Assembly: GCA_013214665.1 (NCBI GenBank)
Contig: JABSSA010000043.1
Coordinates: 1-59,448, forward strand
Length of the DNA stretch: 59,448 bases
Reading direction: 5' to 3'
DNA from: Paracoccaceae bacterium
GTDB lineage: Bacteria > Pseudomonadota > Alphaproteobacteria > Rhodobacterales > Rhodobacteraceae
Each line of letters opens with the position of its first letter. Positions within the stretch are counted from its first letter, which is position 1. The translations under genes were made by a program, and so were the position numbers. The notes under the pieces were generated by a model. The model worked only from the letters and a program-made list of their open reading frames with translations, had not been told where the DNA came from and searched no databases. Below, in pieces: positions 56,627-59,448 of this stretch.

Positions 56627-57505
56627 ATGCAGCCGAACATGTCGCAACGCCCAGAGATTACCCCGTTCTTTGATGAACGTTCCAACACGATTTCCTATGT
56701 CGTCAAAGATACAGACAGCCCCTCCTGCGCCGTCATCGACGCGGTGATGGACATTGATTATGCCGCTGGCGCGTTGGATTTCTCGGGGGCGGATGCGATC
56801 ATTGACCACATCACGCAACATGACTTGCAGCTTGAGTGGATTATCGAAACGCATGTCCACGCGGATCACCTGAGCGGAGCGCCCTACATCCAGGAAAAGC
56901 TGGGCGGCAAAATCGGGATCGGAGAAAAGATCACGGTCATTCAGGACACGTTTGGCAAAATCTTCAATGAGGGCACAGAGTTCCAGCGCGATGGCTCGCA
57001 ATTCGACGCGCTGTTCGTAGATGGGCAAAGCTATAACGTAGGCGGGCTGACGTGCTTTGCGATCAGCACGCCGGGTCACACGCCGGCCTGCATGGTGCAT
57101 GTGATGGGCGATGCGGCCTTTGTCGGAGACACACTATTCATGCCAGATGGTGGATCCGCCCGCGCGGATTTCCCGGGCGGCGACGCCGGAGAGCTTTACG
57201 ACAGCATTCAAAAGGTGCTGGCTCTGCCCGATGAGATGCGGCTTTTTATCTGTCACGATTACGGCCCTGGCGGACGCGCGATTGCGTGGGAAACGACAGT
57301 GGCAGAACAAAAGGAACGCAATATTCATGTGGGCGAAGGCAAAACCCGCGAAGAATTCATTGCTTTCCGTACGGAGCGCGACAAACAACTAAAAGTGCCC
57401 GCATTGATCATCCCATCGCTCCAAGTGAACATGCGGGCGGGCGATGTGCCCACCGATGATGACGGGAACATGATGCTCAAAGTGCCATTGAACAAGCTGG
57501 CCTGA
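56627..57505 (+). CDS. MBL-fold metallohydrolase (glyoxalase II/persulfide-dioxygenase-like)
   Basis: ETHVHADHLSG metal motif. 292 aa. Confidence 0.8.
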   Translation: MQPNMSQRPEITPFFDERSNTISYVVKDTDSPSCAVIDAVMDIDYAAGALDFSGADAIIDHITQHDLQLEWIIETHVHADHLSGAPYIQEKLGGKIGIGEKITVIQDTFGKIFNEGTEFQRDGSQFDALFVDGQSYNVGGLTCFAISTPGHTPACMVHVMGDAAFVGDTLFMPDGGSARADFPGGDAGELYDSIQKVLALPDEMRLFICHDYGPGGRAIAWETTVAEQKERNIHVGEGKTREEFIAFRTERDKQLKVPALIIPSLQVNMRAGDVPTDDDGNMMLKVPLNKLA

Positions 57506-57527
57506 CCCCCATTGCATTTGCAGCGCA

Positions 57528-58106
57528 ATGCGCCCCTCTCGACCTTTCGAGGCCATCACCTACATCTGGTTCATGCGATGGATTTATGCACTGCTTTTGA
57601 GCAGCACACAGCTTGGTGCGGAACCGGTGATCATAGAAGACTTTGGTGACGGGCTTGATGGCGGTTGGCGCTATGTCAGGGATCGGGTCATGGGCGGCGT
57701 ATCGGATGGGCAGGCATTACTTTTGCAGGAGGCCGGTCTGACATTCGCCCGCTTGGAGGGGCAAGTGAGCACTGCCAACAACGGTGGATTTATTCAAATC
57801 AGACACCAATTGGATGTCTCTTTTGATGCCGCTTCCACGGGCCTGTCTCTGCGGGTGCGGGGGAACGGCGAACGTTATTATGTGCACCTGCGACCAACTT
57901 CATCCCGACGCCCATGGCAGTTTTTCCAGGCAGGCTTTGACACAAACGGATCGTGGCAAGAAATAACACTGCCTTGGTCCAAATTTGTGCCCCAGGGCGG
58001 GCTGCAAGGCGCCTTCGATCCCTCAGAAATCACCAGCATGGGCTTGGTTGCCTATGGTGCGGACTACGTTGCCCAGCTCGACGTGGCAAAAATCAAGGTG
58101 GAATAG
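57528..58106 (+). CDS. CIA30-domain protein (complex I intermediate-associated protein 30 family), probably secreted
   Basis: RDRVMGGVSDGQ...NNGGFIQIR. An alternative start at 57573 gives the signal-like MRWIYALLLSSTQLGA. Confidence 0.72.
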   Translation: MRPSRPFEAITYIWFMRWIYALLLSSTQLGAEPVIIEDFGDGLDGGWRYVRDRVMGGVSDGQALLLQEAGLTFARLEGQVSTANNGGFIQIRHQLDVSFDAASTGLSLRVRGNGERYYVHLRPTSSRRPWQFFQAGFDTNGSWQEITLPWSKFVPQGGLQGAFDPSEITSMGLVAYGADYVAQLDVAKIKVE

Positions 58107-58141
58107 AAAAAGGTCGCGAATCGTAAACCGACGATTCGACC
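58102..58141 (-). terminator. Hairpin terminator between convergent genes (T-run on the minus strand)
   Basis: GGTCGCGAATCGT, loop AAACCG, ACGATTCGACC (8+3 bp with a 2-nt bulge). On the minus strand it is followed by TTTTTC. Confidence 0.55.
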
Positions 58142-58177
58142 AACGGGCTCAAGATCGAGTCTCGCGAATTGTACGAC

Positions 58178-58429
58178 TTAAGCGTCTGTCTTTGCCTGCT
58201 CGGCGGCTTGTTTCAAGCACACCGGTGACAGCGACATTTTCTTGAGCAAAGCGGCAGCATCTTCGCTCTCATCTTCAAGTAATTGCGCGATTTTTTCCGC
58301 CATCCAAGCGGCGCCATTCATCCAGGCCCGTTCCGGGTTTTCATCATCCGAATGGTCGGCATCCTCGAATTTTAACAAGGCGAGTTCCTGCTGAATCCGT
58401 TGCAGCAACAGAAGCTTTTGAGCGGTCAT
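58178..58429 (-). CDS. Small acidic hypothetical protein, paralog 2 (ERAW-NGAA-MAE motif)
   Basis: MTAQKLLLLQRIQQELALLKFEDADHSDDENPERAWMNGAAWMAEKIAQLLEDESEDAAALLKKMS... Start chosen at M60 of the track ORF because the upstream part crosses an 11-bp-stem hairpin. Confidence 0.5.
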   Translation of the reverse strand: MTAQKLLLLQRIQQELALLKFEDADHSDDENPERAWMNGAAWMAEKIAQLLEDESEDAAALLKKMSLSPVCLKQAAEQAKTDA

Positions 58430-58650
58430 AGGCGGTTTCCCAAAGAGTGTGACCCCAATGTGGCAAGCCACCCCAATGCCGTATGTGAACTGGTTCACAC
58501 AACTGCGTGAGCGCCTGAACTGGGCGCATAAAAGTTTGGCGCTGCATAGCCGATCCGGCTGCGCAGAATTGCGGCGCTTGGGGCGCGCGTCATCAGCGCG
58601 CCCCAACCCACTGCTCGTTATTCAAAAAATGAATGTGACCCGTGTTAGAC

Positions 58651-58926
58651 CTATTTGGAGCTTACAAATCTTTCCCATATCGTCAGCAAGCGGCGCAGTC
58701 GTGCCATCGAAATTTTTGATACTGAAGGCTGATCGGGAACCACGATCGGATCAGGCATGACCTCACCGGTTTCGAGAGCCTTTAGAACCCTCTCTGCCAT
58801 ATACGCCGCTCCGTTTTCCCAGGCGCGTTCCAAAAACACATCGCTGGCTTTTGAGCCATAGGGCGCTTCGGCATCCGCCAAGATTTCACGGACCTTGTCT
58901 TTGAGTATCTGTGCCTCATCCGGCAT
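58651..58926 (-). CDS. Small acidic hypothetical protein, paralog 1 (ERAW-NGAA-MAE motif)
   Basis: MPDEAQILKDKVREILADAEAPYGSKASDVFLERAWENGAAYMAERVLKALETGE... About 35-40% identical to paralog 2 over ~50 aa by eye. Confidence 0.5.
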   Translation of the reverse strand: MPDEAQILKDKVREILADAEAPYGSKASDVFLERAWENGAAYMAERVLKALETGEVMPDPIVVPDQPSVSKISMARLRRLLTIWERFVSSK

Positions 58927-59132
58927 GATCTTATCCTCAGTATCGAACTTGAGGACGACACTCGCATAAGCCGAAGACTCCCGCAGTGAAGCAGTTCACA
59001 ATGCCAAAAAAGTACGATTTTTTTCGCTTTTTTCCGAAACTGGCACTGTGGCAGGACCTAACCAAAGGGAACCACGCTTGATTGATTGTCCAATCCGTTG
59101 GACATTGTGATCAGATTTTTACGGAGTCTCTC

Positions 59133-59448
59133 ATGAAACATCTCGTATCACGCACAGCCCTCGCTGGCGCGTTTGCCATTTCTGGATTTGCAGCCTTTGC
59201 AGGCGGCCACGGTGTCTCGGACGTTACGGTCGCCATGCAGCTTGAGCCACCACATCTTGATCCAACATCGGCAGCGGCCGGTGCCATCGACAGCGTGCTT
59301 TATTCCAACGTCTTCGAAGGGCTCACACGGTTTATGGGTGACGGCTCTGTCGTCGCAGGCTTGGCCGAAAGCTGGGACATCTCGGATGACGGCACAGAAT
59401 ACACATTCAAGCTGCGGTCTGGTGTGACTTTCCATGACGGCACATCCA
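59133..59448 (+). CDS. ABC transporter substrate-binding protein, family 5 (peptide/nickel type); 3' end beyond the window
   Basis: Absent from the ORF track because it runs off the window edge. My translation is [105 protein letters not shown]. It has a signal peptide. Confidence 0.8.
   Translation, partial: MKHLVSRTALAGAFAISGFAAFAGGHGVSDVTVAMQLEPPHLDPTSAAAGAIDSVLYSNVFEGLTRFMGDGSVVAGLAESWDISDDGTEYTFKLRSGVTFHDGTS

Noticed and set aside
59087-59104. Reading the TGT-N12-ACA palindrome as a fourth PpsR site.
   Set aside because: It lies outside the photosynthesis cluster and next to a peptide-type ABC transporter, and the motif is degenerate enough to occur by chance. It is reported only as a generic operator candidate.

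Overview
This is a chromosomal segment in the style of a Rhodobacteraceae (roseobacter-type) aerobic anoxygenic phototroph. No rRNA, CRISPR array, transposase or integrase was seen. Layout: (1) 1-16.2 kb is one end of the photosynthesis gene cluster. It holds lhaA(partial)-bchM-L-H-B-N-F on the minus strand, a 300-bp AT-rich control region, then ppaA-ppsR and bchG-(pucC-like)-bchP-idi on the plus strand. (2) 16.3-26.7 kb is mixed housekeeping and accessory: glpK, a GDSL-lipase/RTX gene broken by one in-frame TAG, an orphan DnaB-C/RecA-like ATPase, a rhodanese, an SDR, choline sulfatase, tRNA-Lys(UUU), dapF and mtaB. (3) 26.8-30.7 kb looks more AT-rich by eye. It carries a Crp-family regulator, a cyanophycin-synthetase-like enzyme with only the N and ATP-grasp domains, and a PccR-like ScfR regulator. 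(4) 30.9-45.8 kb is a one-direction string: phaB-prpE-thiolase-phaC-bioY-pccB-pccA-mcm, then adk-DUF4212-SSS symporter. (5) 46.5-56.5 kb holds ccoNOQP, ccoGHIS (including a 57-aa ccoS missing from the ORF track), fnrL and hemN, with three FNR boxes. (6) 56.6-59.4 kb holds an MBL hydrolase, a CIA30 protein, two tandem paralogous small acidic proteins, and the 5' part of a family-5 ABC substrate-binding protein. The most interesting leads are the ScfR-fronted PHA/propionate supercluster, the M-domain-less CphA-like ligase, a 48-nt hairpin repeat present twice in inverted orientation inside the bch superoperon (one copy encoding the BchN C-terminus), promoter geometries that predict leaderless bchG and hemN, and the unknown small-protein pair. 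None of these can be shown to be novel from the sequence alone.
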